A stretch of 63,066 bases of DNA, the filler included, from Choristocarpus tenellus KU-1152 (lineage: Eukaryota > Protista > Phaeophyceae): assembly GCA_964200185.2 (NCBI GenBank). It is 10 parts of 10 records of this genome, joined end to end, with 100 filler letters (N's around TTAATTAATTAA, not from the genome) between each part and the next. Parts side by side here need not be neighbours in the genome. Positions count along the whole stretch, not along the records: positions 1 to 12,103 come from CAXNAD020001973.1; positions 12,204 to 22,289 come from CAXNAD020003158.1; 8 more parts are not named here. One strand, written 5' to 3'. Both the position numbers and the translations under genes were made by a program. Numbering within the stretch: position 1 is the stretch's first letter; the number at the start of each line of letters is the position of its first letter. Positions 1 through 12,726 of this stretch are shown piece after piece. The notes under the pieces were generated by a model, which did not search any database, was not told the DNA's origin, and was given only the letters and a program-made list of their open reading frames with translations.

Positions 1-9
1 GGGGGGGTA

Positions 10-520
10 TTAGTGAACGATCAATGTGACTGGGTGTGCGTGGACGAGAAATGTTTTTACATCCTCAAAAGAAGTACAAGGTGTGTACTTGCACCCCACT
101 GAGGACCCATCAACTCTGACAGGCACAGAATAAGCATTTCACTACGAAGGTGATGTTCTTTGCAGGTGTGGCCTGCTCTAGGAAAGCTCTCCAATGGGGT
201 GTGGGAGGAAAATGGGGATGACATTGTCATACTGTCATAGAGACCCAGCCAGCCAACTTATGACCTCAACGTCAACGACCTGGGATTCTTTCATCCCATC
301 CAGCAACTGGAGGAAGACATGGGGATGACCAACATAGAGGAGCTGGTGGGGGTCACAATGGAGGCGTTCGATGTGTGCCCCTTGGAGATACTAGAGTGAT
401 TATGGTGGAACCTCTTCGTAGTCTACGGTGAGTGCTGGGGTCCAAGGGTGACAATACCTTCAAAATTCCTCATCTTAGGAAGGAAAAGGTTGAGAAGGCT
501 GGCAAGCTCCCCCGAATGCC
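10..520 (+). pseudogene. Decayed Tc1/mariner (DD39D, plant/oomycete-type) transposase fragment
   Basis: Hand translation gives DWVCVDEKCFY (cf. HIDEKWFY, first Asp), KVMFFAGVA (cf. KVMFLAAVARP) and TQPAN..DLNVNDLGFFHPIQ (cf. QPPNSPDLNVLDLGFFNSIQ, third Asp). Frameshifts, stops and an internal deletion are present. Confidence 0.85.
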
Positions 521-1301
521 CTGATTGATGCAGCAAAATACCGTGGTGGAATAGAGTTTTGGAGGGCATCGGGAACGGGATGATGGATAGGTGTAGGCTG
601 CCCAACTGTATTGTGGGCAAACGTTTAGTGCCTGCAAACCACACCCACAAAAATCCCTTTAATTGGAACTCCAAGCTTGACTGAAATTGGACGCGATTAT
701 GTGGGAACCCTCTTGTCCACCTGTAGATGTCTACAACAACCCCGTACTGCAGATGTCTAGAAACAATTCCCAAAACCTTTTCCTTATGGTTTCAAAGTTT
801 AGAAACAGTGAACACTCCACAGAGATCTGGCAACGTTCCAGGAATGCACCGTATCGTACGAAATCTTTCTTAATTCCAACACACGCGATGTAGTATAATA
901 TACGCCTCAGTCTGTAGAGCATCTTTCAACAAAAACAATGCTGTCGCCCCTTGAGGAAATGTTTAGGATCTGATAAAAAGACCAAACAGTAGTACCGCCA
1001 GGAATCTGATGCTGAAAGAGTTGCATACACATGTCTGCCAAGATGTTGTCGTGAGTAGCTCAGTGACTAGTAAGTAGGCCCAACGGATTGACGTATGTCC
1101 ATGGCAATACCCCATCCCATGTGAGGAAAATGTTGAAAAAAGTTTCGCATGTAGTATACTGGGGGACAATACCTGTTTTTAATTACCAAGCAGTTTGGGG
1201 TAGAGGAGTTTGGCGAAGTAGAGTCTAGTGGCCTCAGGACAGTCAAGACGTTTCTTCATCATATCGTATCGAAAACATGGCTGCAACCACTACCAGTCCT
1301 T

Positions 1302-1477
1302 GGTTCAAAGTATCTGGGGGAGGGGGTCTATACCAGGGTGTCCATTTGGGCCCTGATCAGGAGAAGTGCACTTACATTTATCCATCCAACGCATGCAACC
1401 AAATCACCCAAAATCACGACATGGAAAAACGGGCCCTGAATGGACAGCCCGCTATCCCCCCCCAGACACTTTGAGCC
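1302..1477. mobile_element. MITE family A (~176 bp)
   Basis: TIRs GGTTCAAAGTATCTGGGG / CCCCAGACACTTTGAGCC; CTT on both flanks (TSD); homologous over its full length to 18282-18463. Confidence 0.85.
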
Positions 1478-2204
1478 CTTGATCTAGATTCTGCCCTACA
1501 GATGACCTCATCCCACTATCTGCTGCGGGTAGTTCAATTGACGCCCCAAGTCGGCTCTCTTTGACATTGAACTCTGTCGTGGGTGGTGCCTTTGTCCGCA
1601 ATTAATTGTGGATGCGGGTCTCGGTAAAGGTGAGGTGTTACTGCTACCCCCCTCTTTGCTTCCATCGGAATTTGCTGTGAAGCTCTTCTTGTTCTTCCCT
1701 TGTTTCATGGGTGCCTTCTCTTTGGGGGTGGTGGGTGTCCCAGTACCTTCAGCATGATCAGCCACAGATAATAATGAGCCAAACCAATGTAGAAGCGGGC
1801 AGTTTGCGCCCTTTTGTATTCTAAGATACTTTCTCAACCTGTACACTCCATATCATTGCTTTATGTGCACACATGTATACGCAAAATTGATATTCCCCAA
1901 CTCCACACACAAAGTGACACCACAATTCAGCAAACTCTCGTTCTGCAACGGTACAAAATTACGTGTTATTTCCATTTCTCGTGATCCTTGGAATGCAACC
2001 CTGCCTATGAACGGGTTTGCCTCAATCTTACCACAGTTAGGTGTTGGCATTAGGTGCTGGGGCACACATGGACACCACCAGTGGAACCGCAAATGCAGTT
2101 TGAAGTAGTTAGCCAGACACGTAACAGCCATTCACGAGAGGTCAAGACCACTAGTGAATGGCGAATGATAAGGAAGTGGGAAGGTCTACGAAGTAATGTG
2201 ATTT

Positions 2205-2545
2205 TTTTGGGCGGGAGAATTCTGGTAGGATTGAGTTGCAGGGAAGGGAGGGTTGAGGAGGGAAAGAGAAAAATTAGCCAAAGGTTGAACGAAGAGTTAA
2301 GTACCGAGTGTCTAGGAGGCAGAAGAGGTAGGGGGAAAGTTGAAGAAATGGGTGGTAGGTGGAAGCATGAGGTAGGAGAGAATTGCCAGAACGTAAGGAA
2401 AACCTAAGGCTTGTGGTACAGGACGAGGAGGGCTAGAACAAGACAACCACTGTGCAATCTCTCCCGCCCATCCCACCCTGTCGCTTGCTCACGACCGGTT
2501 GGGATGCTGGGTAAAGGGGGGGAGGTCAAGTTCGGGCGGAGTAGA
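2205..2545. repeat. Dispersed repeat family D, copy 1
   Basis: Shares blocks (CTAGGAGGCAGAAGAGGTAGG, CTAGAACAAG, TTGGGATGCTGGG, GAGGTCAAGTTC) in the same order with 55790-56064 on another contig. Ends approximate. Confidence 0.7.
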
Positions 2546-2932
2546 TGCCTTCTAGTTTAAAGGCATGACATGAAGTGGATGATGAAGGGGTGTTCTTGGA
2601 TGATTGTGGAGTGGTGTTGAGTGGTGTGGGGGAGTGGAAAGTAGGGGAAAGTGTTGAGGGGTTGAGTGGTGTTGAATGGGGTTGGGAAGTTGTAAGTGAG
2701 GAAAAGTCTTGTGGGGGGGAATGGTGTTGAACGGTTAGGTGGAGTGGTAAGTGGTGTGGGGTTGAGTGACACTGAATGGCAGGGTGGTGACTGGAAATCA
2801 GTGGCGAAGGGGTCGCACTGATTGGTCATCAGAGGTGGTGAATAGAAATCAGTGGCAAAGGGGTCCTACTGGGTGGTCACAAGTGGTGGTACAATGGGGA
2901 GGAGGAGAATGGGTTGAATACAAACATAGAAT

Positions 2933-2975
2933 AAATAATAATAATATTAATAATAATAATAATAATAATAATAAT
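2933..2975. repeat. (AAT)n microsatellite
   Basis: Read directly from the sequence. Confidence 0.9.
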
Positions 2976-3045
2976 CTAGAATTCGTGTACAAAGCAAAAT
3001 ATACGTGGTCTTCCGTATTATTCTATGGTGTATTACAATGAAAAG

Positions 3046-4620
3046 GTGGTACCAGTAGTTTCGCCCTCTGTGGCAGTTCTGCTTTTTTTCACCGAAGTGC
3101 CGTAACAGATATACAAGAATATATATCAAATGAAACACTTATGACAAGGCCTTTTGAAGGTTTGTATGCAGGAATGTAGAAACTTCGGTGAACGGGAGCT
3201 ATGTCCCGATAAAATAATGAAAAAAACGTGGGGGAATATCTCCGGCGCAATTTTGAAGGTCACGACTTCAAAACTCGAGAAAATGAAGTGGTTAGCTGTT
3301 CCTTGCAGAAAACTGCTCCAGGGTACATCGCTGCCCAAGTTTGACTGGTGCGACCCTCACCGAAAAAAAGGGTACCCCCCCAAGGTTTCCTCCTTTTAAC
3401 GCCTTTTGTAGACTTTTTGTGAGCACATACACACGTGACTTACACAACAACATGAACCATGACGGTGAGACAAGGAGAGCCACCGAGGCCACTCTGCCCT
3501 CTGGATCTACCCTTGGCACCTTCTCTGTCGAGAGGGGCCAGAAAAACAAGTTCCGTGTGACACTCAGTGCGATGTTAGGTGACGAGAAAGTGTGAGTAGT
3601 GTGGCGCAGCAGCATAATTGAATTGCGAAATGGACCACGGGGTCACAACAATGACGCTGAGAGAAGATGCATTGAAAGCATTACCACACAAACGTGGTTG
3701 GATCTTCAACCACGTTGGAGCACTGCTCTGCAGTTTCTGCCACCTTGGGGAAGCAGGAAGAGAACAGCGAGTCCATCACCAGGTGTGGCACAGTGATGAA
3801 GTCTGTAGGAAAGCCTGTTCACGGCAGGTGAAGGGAGAACCAGAGTGGCCCGCTGAAGGGAAGGTTGGGGAGGAGAGCAATGCAACTGGTTGCCATTGCG
3901 CTCAGGAAACGCCTAAGCGAAAACCCGGGTGTAGAATATCTTAGTAGTCGACAGTTGCAGCAGGTCCTAGCTGTTTGGAAGCCATGTGAGCCAGAGTGGC
4001 TTAGGAAACGAGAAAGGTGCTAGGGTTGGGCTACAAGGGCTCTGAACCCTGAAAGAAGGCAACCCATTTCTGGCGCTCAATGAGGAAAAGTGATAGTAAA
4101 GGCTCCAACACTGCGAATCCTGTACCTGTGTATGAGTGACGGGAAAGACCATCAAACAGCGCTCGAGATGGCAGAAGGATAGGTGATGGTCAGGTTGGAA
4201 GCTGTGAGTAAATGGGAGAGAGACTTCCTAACTAAGGCCACATCAAGCTGTCGGAGCAAGGGTGTGACCAGAGGCGTTTCGTTCTGGACCTCGATGAGGA
4301 CATCCTTTCCCAGGTCAAGGAGTGGATGCGCGAACACACAGGAAGAAAGGGTAGGGAGGCTTTTTTCCTGTCTAAACCCTACACTTTAATCAAGTAATAG
4401 TATATCTGTTGTCACTCTTGGTGATCTACAATCCTGGGTTCGAACCCCAATATGACCGCTCTTTCTTCAAAAATAGAAAAAAATGGCAAAAAAACAAACG
4501 AAGCCCGTCCGTACTCTGGAGGGCATTGTGACGGGCATCACGAACATGCTTTTTATTTTTTAAATCCGATGTCTACATCAAAAGTTATGACGGGACAATG
4601 GGCGAAGCTACTGGTACCAC
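3046..4620. mobile_element. Putative non-autonomous DNA transposon (~1.57 kb) with ~21-26 bp terminal inverted repeats
   Basis: Left end GTGGTACCAGTAGTTTCGCCC (3046); right end GGGCGAAGCTACTGGTACCAC (to 4620); 20/21 match as an inverted pair. Interior has broken coding-like frames. No clear TSD. Confidence 0.65.
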
Positions 4621-5338
4621 TATAGATAAAGGAGACGAAGTGAATAAATATGTACGCGAGCACAGGGTGGTCAGGCAATGCCCCACCCTTGCCTTTCTAG
4701 TGCAGTCTAGTGTAGAGATCAAACATTGATGGTGGTGTATACAGTTTCATTTTAGTCAAATATATTATGAAAGGAACAATACTCATATGACACATCATCT
4801 TCACACAGGGATTTTATGTAACAGGGATTGTCGAATAATTAGCCCTCAAAATAGATTAGTATGAGGAACACGGTGGAGGTGTCAATGGTCACTGGCTCTG
4901 TTCTATGGGACAATCGCAATCAAGATATAATAGGTCTGCAAAGAGAGAGATGAAAGTTGGACAGGTGTTTTTTGAGGTCCTAAACTTCCGTAGAGGCAAA
5001 TCAGAACAAAACAGAAACCTATCCACATTAAACACACTTCTTTTCATGAGTAGGTAGGTCACTTACTTCCTCGTTGTTTTACTGACCGATCGCTACGAGG
5101 AAGATTCAAGGTCAAAGGTGGCGCGCGCATTGGATACGATTGTGTGTGATATGAACATGATTGTGTTGGAGATGTAAAATATGACATGTATAATACGAAG
5201 AACAAGAACTGTATTTTAGATTACTAACCTCTATTACTTAGTTCTCTTTGGGGATTTGCTGTTTATCGCTAGTGTGATACTAGTCGAGAGTAGAAAGTTA
5301 GTACAAGGTGGTTCCAACCTGTTTATGGTACGGAGGGA

Positions 5339-8300
5339 ATGACCTGTGTCGTGCAAGCCAGGGTTGGTGCGGAGTTCGTGTTCGACTGTCTCGCAGTAAC
5401 AGCGCCGAACCCCCGTGCTGCCGGTTCATACTTGGAAGAACTCCGTAGGCGATTGGATCTTGGCCCTGAGGGATCAAAGCAAATTCTGATTGTGTGTGTT
5501 CCAGACCCATTAGGGATACGGGTGGGAAGCGGTGGTGGAACCCTCAATGCTCTCCTCGAGGTGTGCAGTTAAATGCGGTTTGCAGGGGTTGACTGTGGTA
5601 AACGATCTTGGGTGTTGTGAGCCTTTCTCTGTAAACGACTTGCCATGACCTCATTTTCTTACGTTTTGTTGCACCTCATTGTGTTGCCGTGCGTTGTGCT
5701 GTTTGGTCCTTGCCTTTCATCGTACTTCACCCCCATAGACCCTTGTCCCGGATGCATGTGTTTTTTCCAATCGCTCCTCCTCGTCCACCCTACTCAGGTG
5801 GATGATGCTTTACGGGAGGCTCACCCAGCACGGGGTGGGATGGAAAATTGTCGGGTACTCCTAGTGCACAGCGGTGGGGATTCACAGCGTTCTCCGACAG
5901 AGTGCGTTCGTATCCACTGCAGTGTCTCGTGTATCGTTGAAGAAGACTTAAATGTGTAGATTTGGTTTTGCAACTTTCGTGAGAGTGATGATTACTCGAG
6001 AACCAACAAGGCAAACGTTAGATAACCATGCTAAACCAAGGCCTAGATTCTCCTGCACTTGAGCAGTGCAATCCCATTATTCACAGAGGAAATGTGAGGA
6101 TCTTTGCTGTACTTCAACTGATAACCCAATGATTGCGCTCCTTACCGTTGTCTTTCTTTATATGAGTAATAGATAGTCGACAGTGGCTAAATCACATTAT
6201 ACTCCTAAAAATTGCCACACCGTGAGTCCTGTTGTACACCTTTTCTCTCGAGGATACGAAGAAGCACTGTGTCACTTTGTCCATGGCACATGCATGCATG
6301 TACGGTATCGATTTGAACTATTTGGCACACCCCTACGCTGACGGCGATAGCCCCCCTTTCCATATCCAAGTGTAACACTGCATGATTGACATCATGAACG
6401 CGTGGACCCGCCAGGTTCAGTAACTTTGTTCCCCGATATTACCGATAGGAGTAACTGATGATCAGAGTTTTGTAACCAATGAGGAGAGTTCTTCTCGAGT
6501 CTCTATAGCTCAACAATTTTTACAGGGTAGGAACACGAGCTCCTAAGACTAACTTGCTTGACTCTATCCCACACACACCTTAGGGACCAACATGCTTGGC
6601 AATACTAACATGCTCAACATAATTCTTGCTTGACATTTCCACTCTGTTTGCTAAGGTGTGTTTGTGGCAAAGCGTGGTCAACCCTCAACAGCCCCTGCCA
6701 TGCCAAGAACTCCCCAAGTAAGGGTCGTTGCAACACCCCCATGGACCTCCTTCTTACTAGCCTCAACACCCTCTTCGGACAGGATGCCGCCAGTCAGAGT
6801 GACGTCACCCATAGCCGCCTTCCAAGCGGAACCTTGGTGGTTGCATCTTGTGATGTCATGCTTCTGGTTCCTCCTGAAGCCGCTTCATCTGTGAACTGGT
6901 CTCTACCCTCCTTGCCGGGCTGGAGTTTTGGTGGTGTCACAGGCTTGGCCATTGCTGCTGATGCCTTTAAGTACTCCCAGAACCACGGGGTTTACGTCAT
7001 TGAGGGAGGAAGGGAGGCTACGGCGAAGGAGGGGCAAAATTTGTTTGGAAAATCAGCCACCCCAGTGGACTGTGGCAGTGGGGTGCGGCGTGTTGAAAGG
7101 TGAGTAACATGCAGGAGGGTTAGGGTTAGGGTTAGGGTTAGATGGGTGAATATGATATTAGGAAAAGGTTAGGGTTCTGGTTAGCGTTTGCGTAAGACAG
7201 GGGACTGTGATCTGGGAATAGGTTCAAGTTGATGAGTTGTCTAATTTTTTTTTTTTTTTGTATTTGACTCGCCTTTGGTCACACTTTGGTCACACTTTGG
7301 TCGCACACTTGTTGGGAACATCATGGTGCCCTATTTCGCTTCGACAACTGTGTCAGTTTGTTGGTAATACCCTAACCCTAACCTTATCCCTAAGCGAACT
7401 GAAGTCCTAGCCTAAGTTGAAGTTGAAGTTGTGGTGAGAGCATTGCCCCACTGCAGACAGCACAACCCTCCCCATAAGTGCATTCTAAATCCCGGGGAGA
7501 TACTCTTCCGTGAGCCTCTTATCCAAGGAAGAAACCTTAACCCTATGACTATTATTTGGAATATGTTCAATCTTTACTGTAGGGTTAGGTAATAAATATA
7601 TGCATACCAATGTGTTCTGCATATATGCTGCTAATTATCTTACTACTCTGTAGTACCTTGTTTATGCACTTGACTTTTGATGATCTTGGAAAGGTGGCAG
7701 GCACCCTTGCATATATATGTGTCCATTCCTTCATGATCACTCAGGAATGTAAGTGTGTATTTTTTGTTTTTTTATCTCACTGATCTCAATAATAGATAGA
7801 TCGGCTTAAGTATCTGCCGTCGTCTGTTTCCTTCAGAAGACACTTTATCTCAGAACATACTTTATCTCTTCCCTGTAATCAATCTAGTCAAAGTGGTGCT
7901 TTCACAAACATTTTCCCTAGCCGTAACCCTAACCCTAACCCTAACCCTAACCCTAACTCAACTATTTAATACTTAATCGCCGTTGGTTTTTTGTGACTGC
8001 TCTTCAAGAGGAGGGTTGTTCACCTGGTGATAGCCTACGAGTCGGATATTAGGAGTTAGGTTAGGGTTAGGGTCTTGTCTCACCCTGTTCTTGTTGATGC
8101 AACCCTGATGCAAAACTCACCTATCCATCAAGTTAAAGTATCAATGAATCATGACGATATTATATCATTATTGACGGGGGAACCCTAACCCTAACTAGGA
8201 AGAGAATTGAAAAGAGTCGGTCGATGGGTAGGACTAAGTGTTTTGGAACAAACCAATGATATTGCAAAGGATGGACGGTATGTGTGATACCACCACCAGC

Positions 8301-11300
8301 AGCAGCATATGTATATATTGGTGGTGTACATACCTTACAATGTTGTACTGATCCACTGATCCCTCCACTATTTTCTCAAAATCGTTGCATCGCTGTTTTT
8401 TTTTATTTTTTGCTGCATCTACTGTCGCTTCCCTGTTTCTATGAAAACCAACAAGGCGTTGAGCATTCAATCAATATCACCCCCTAACCCTAAGTGCCTG
8501 TCATCCCTAACCCTAACCCTAACTTCTTTTTTTTTTCTCCTGCAGGTACCTACAGAAGCCCGGCATTGCAGAGGTTGAGTCCAAGAGAGCCTGGCTCCAC
8601 CCTACCCAATGCAGTGATCCCCACAAAGCATCAACAGGTGATTCCGACGAGGTGGCTGTAGACACAGGAGTAGTGATCTTTGAGGGCGATGTGGTCTCCA
8701 CACTTCTGTCTCTAGCCAGGGCCCCTATGATCAATGGCTGCACTACAAGAGGGATTGCTAAAGGGACTACCCCGTTGAGACTGGAGCTCTATTCGGATAT
8801 TATGCTGGCTCTCACTACTACCACTGCATTTAATTCTGCGCTGGGTGAGTACGTGTACGCCTGTGAAGTATTATGGAATACCCTGGAGTAGTTGGAGAGT
8901 TTCGTCAAGATGGAGATTTAACTTTTGTAAGGGTTAGGGTTCCGAGTGCAAGTACTGTATTCAGCCAATGGGATGTTGTATTCAGCAAATGGGATATTGT
9001 ATTCAGCCAATCGGATATTGTATTCAGCCTATCGGATTTTGCCTAAAATATGAAGCAAAATAGAACCGATGTTAATGTTCCAACTGATGTGTGTCATCAA
9101 TCATGGTGCTGATTGCAAGTGCCTTGTTTGTGTATAGTCCCATCTGGTTGGTACTGTGTCCTTTCCTGTTAGATTGCAACAATGACACATTAAATGGCAA
9201 CAATGACTCTTGGAATGGCAACTCATGCATCTTGAAATTTGTTGGTGGATAGGAATTAGGGTTAGGGTTAGGTGCATAGGGATATGCCTTCTTGGTTAAA
9301 TTTTTATTTTTTTTTAATTTTTTTTACACCCCTTTTGTACAAATAGATCATTATTCCTCTGGCTGCTGGTAATCGTCCTAGCCCCTTAGGAAAATGCTGG
9401 GAAAATGCACTTGAATATGTAACTGCTGCTCTGCTTCAGTATTGGTCCGATCTGCTCTCCCAATAAATACTACTATTAAAATGTTATTGGGAGGGAATGG
9501 CAGATTTTGAAAAAATGGATTGCACTTTGGTTTTGAGATTGGAGTGACAACTCAAGAGGGAAACGATCTTTGTCCTATTTATTATGATTGTGATTAAGAT
9601 TGTAATAATTATTGTAGTTATTAATATTATTATTGTTACTATAATATTTGTCACTATTAAAATTATAATTGTAATTATTATGGTTTTTATTATTATCTAT
9701 ACTTTTCATACCTTTTTCGTTAGTATTGAGAGTATTCTCTGAGATATTTGGACTTCCCTCTGCTAAGCAGCGAAGTAAACAGTGTCAGATTTGAGGATGT
9801 GATTTGAGGATGTGTAACAGATTACCGCCAACCAGCTTTGAGGCCATTGATGGATTGTTGTGATGTTATCAGGTATCCGTTGATTTACGTACATACTGAG
9901 GGAGATATGTATGTATATTCAGAGCCTCTTACTGTAATCTCCTTCTTTCACACTCATACCGTTCTGCCCACTCTACCAATTAGAAATTACTTTGTTATTA
10001 TCATTATTATTATTATTATTATTGTTATTACTACCATTAATTTCATTTGATGGAGTTGTAGATACAAGGTCTTGGCTGTGATGATTTTTTTCAAGGAGTG
10101 ATACATGGAATGTTCTCAAAACGTTTTCTCAAGCTTGTTTATGTAGTGGAATTGTTCAGGAACACTAGATTGGATACTCAGTTTAATTTAATTTAATTTA
10201 ATTTTATAATAGTAAATTTTATTCTCTTCTTAAGCGAGATAAACACCTGGACTTACACATAAAAGTTGGCTTAGGGTTAGGGTTAGTATCCCTAACACAA
10301 ATATAATCCTTAATTAACCCAAACCCTGAGATATTGTAAACATACTTAGTGTTGTAATGTTGAGTTAGAGTTAGTGTAACTTATTAATTCAAACCCTAAC
10401 CCTAACTTTAACTCTAAGGTAATTTCCATGTATGCATATCTATGAATTAACTTTGTGTTGCAGTATTGATCGTATTCGCCTTGGCAATGGTACAGCCCAT
10501 CAATGTCCAAGTCAACTAATTCTTGAGCTCACTCTTCACCTTGGGAACAACATTATCTGTTAATATACATGTAAATCTCTTTATAATTTATTTGTATGTA
10601 CATATATATATATATCTGATCGATGTTCAATCCTGAAACATTGTTTTAAGGTAAACAGAATTAGGGTTAGGGATTCCAAAATTTGAACCGAGTAGTGCCA
10701 ACCTTTACGCCAAAGTAGTATTCACTTTAATATTATCAGTATCAAGAATGTCCAAGTTAGTATTATATATTATTAGTATTAAATATTAATAGTCTTAAAT
10801 ATCATTAGGGTAAAATATCATTAGTATTAAATATTAATAGTATTAGATATTATTAGTATTAAATATTGTATTAAATATTAATAGTATTCAATATCATTGG
10901 TATTAAATATTAATAGAATTAAATATTATTAGTATTAAATATTATTAGGGTTAAATATCATTAGCACCAAAGTGAAAGAGGTAGAGAGAGAGAGAGAGAG
11001 TCCTAGATTGAAAAGTTTCTGTTCCTGATACAGGAGGATCATGTCATCTATTCATCTTCAGTTGTCAAGAGGCAAAGTGGGACAATTGGGAGTGACTCAT
11101 GAACCTGAGATTCTGCAGGGTACACCCTAAAATGTCCCATATGAAGAGATGGGAACGGACATGATTATGTGTATCTTAATGCCAAAGTACATGTTGCTAT
11201 TTGTTTTGGATTCAGCTATTTCCATTGTTTAACAGGTTGGAAGAAAAGTATTCTCGCTCAGAATTGTTCTTAAAAATCGGAATACATATATATTTTCGCT

Positions 11301-12007
11301 CTTTTTTGATTGGGTGTCCGTTGGATATGAGTTGCAAATTCATCTGTATCTGAAGGATTGAATCTGAGATTCGCTGGATGGGTAGTAATTACCTGTACTG
11401 AGTTCAGAGGCAAATTGAGGTATTATCCCAGTGCACTGATGGGATGATGTACTTGATCAACTTGACTTCCCCTATGCCCCATTACTGAAAAAAAATTTCC
11501 ACTGCTACCATTAGTATAATTTTATCAAAAAAGAGAGTAAGAGCTATGTTGATGCCTCTCTGTACTTCAAAACACCACTCGACCTCATACTTCACCTAAT
11601 ACTTCACTTAATACTTCACCTAATGCTTTACTAATACTTTGCCAATACTTCACTTAATAATTAATCTAATACTTCACCTAATACTTCACTTGGTACTTCA
11701 CTTAATACTTCACCTAACCCTAACCCTAACCCTAATTCGTAATTTAACAATGCCTTTCAACTGTTGTAGTGGATGAAGATGCTCCGAGGGATGTCTACTT
11801 GGCTGCTTGCGGACCTCCTCTGTCTCATGATGATTTGCTATACCGTGCAAGGGTCTACCTGTGGGAGTTTCTGCGATTTTTCCCACTTGGGGCGGTGTTG
11901 TTGAAAGATGGTGCTGCCTTTGTGCATCTTGGGACAACCAAGGAACTGTGTGAGATGATCACACTAGGAGTTCCACGGTTTGTGGAGCCATATGGGCTTA
12001 CACCTAG
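5339..12007 (+). CDS. FUK: L-fucokinase / GDP-L-fucose pyrophosphorylase family protein (FUK/FKGP-like), 5' part; runs off the contig
   Basis: Phase-consistent exons 5339-5560, 5798-5901, 6656-7099, 8546-8844 and 11770-~12007. Family motifs VPDPLGIRVGSGGGTLNALL, LLVHSGGDSQRSPTECVCGKAW, NHGVY, RYLQKP, VDTGVV, LELYSD, FVHLGTTKE. The C-terminal GHMP kinase domain is not in this contig. Confidence 0.9.
8958..9038. repeat. 21-bp tandem repeat x4 (GTATTCAGCCAATGGGATATT)
   Basis: Read directly; lies in FUK intron 4. Confidence 0.85.
10755..10965. repeat. AT-rich ~16-bp minisatellite (ATTAGTATTAAATATT)
   Basis: Read directly from the sequence. Confidence 0.8.
11587..11716. repeat. 12-bp minisatellite (AATACTTCACYT) followed by (CCCTAA)n before a 3' splice site
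   Basis: Read directly from the sequence. Confidence 0.8.
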
Positions 12008-12033
12008 GCAAGTACTATTAAGGGGATCCATCT

Positions 12034-12091
<58 letters not shown>

Positions 12092-12103
12092 ACCCCCCCC
12101 CCC

Positions 12104-12203
12104 NNNNNNNNNNNNNNNNNNNNNNNNNNNNNNNNNNNNNNNNNNNNTTAATTAATTAANNNNNNNNNNNNNNNNNNNNNNNNNNNNNNNNNNNNNNNNN
12201 NNN
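12104..12203. other. Artificial contig linker N44-TTAATTAATTAA-N44 (also 22290-22389, 31366-31465, 36707-36806, 39975-40074, 44042-44141, 51763-51862, 56065-56164, 59836-59935)
   Basis: The same 100-nt spacer with stops in all six frames occurs nine times, and genes are truncated at these points. Confidence 0.99.
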
Positions 12204-12579
12204 GGGGGGGTTGGTGGGGGGGGGTGGGGTGTGGTCCCGGGTCATCATATAATGTCAATACTTGTATGCGCTCAGTGGTAGCTTCTTCTACTTGGCGATG
12301 ATAGCAATAAAAAATAATTAATAATATGGGAAAATAACACTTCTTAGTCAATCTACCATCCATAATGACAATGAAACGCCGCCCCGAAAAAAACCACTTC
12401 GAAGTACTATTATTTTCTACCACCTCCACCATCGACAGTCAAACGACTCAACCGACCGCACTAATTATTCAAGCAAGCAAGCTAACGCAGTGCATACATG
12501 TACACGACGATCAAACAAAATCATTGCTGCTCTCCACACACTGTCCTACCACCTTCGGGATGGATTCCCATTCATAGCG

Positions 12580-12726
12580 AGGCCCTTCAAAAGTGCTGCA
12601 ACATTTACAAAAAAAAACATATGGGCACTTTCCGCGCACCATTTTGAGTCAAACCCATCCTCCATAGTATGCTCCATCCTCAATTTTGGTTATCGGCTGT
12701 TAGAGGGCATAATGACAATCAGTTTT
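12580..12726 (+). repeat. Dispersed repeat family C, copy 1
   Basis: AAAAGTGCTGCAACATTTACAAAAAA...TCAAACCCATCCTCCATAGTAT.CTCCATCCTCAATTTTGG matches 39320-39475 (reverse) and part of 27163-27297. Confidence 0.75.

Noticed and set aside
4411-4456. tRNA gene
   Set aside because: Only a T-arm/B-box-like piece, with no D or anticodon arm. Similar B-box-like motifs at ~39105-39210 are part of a short duplicated repeat.
12035-12103. Poly-proline tail of ORF 11769-12155 (also 51700-51762)
   Set aside because: Poly-C at the contig end in intronic sequence after the splice donor; length unreliable.
12148-12159. Recurrent TTAATTAATTAA palindrome
   Set aside because: Artificial linker between contigs. 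Gene adjacency across linkers (e.g. FUK next to hisG) has no biological meaning.
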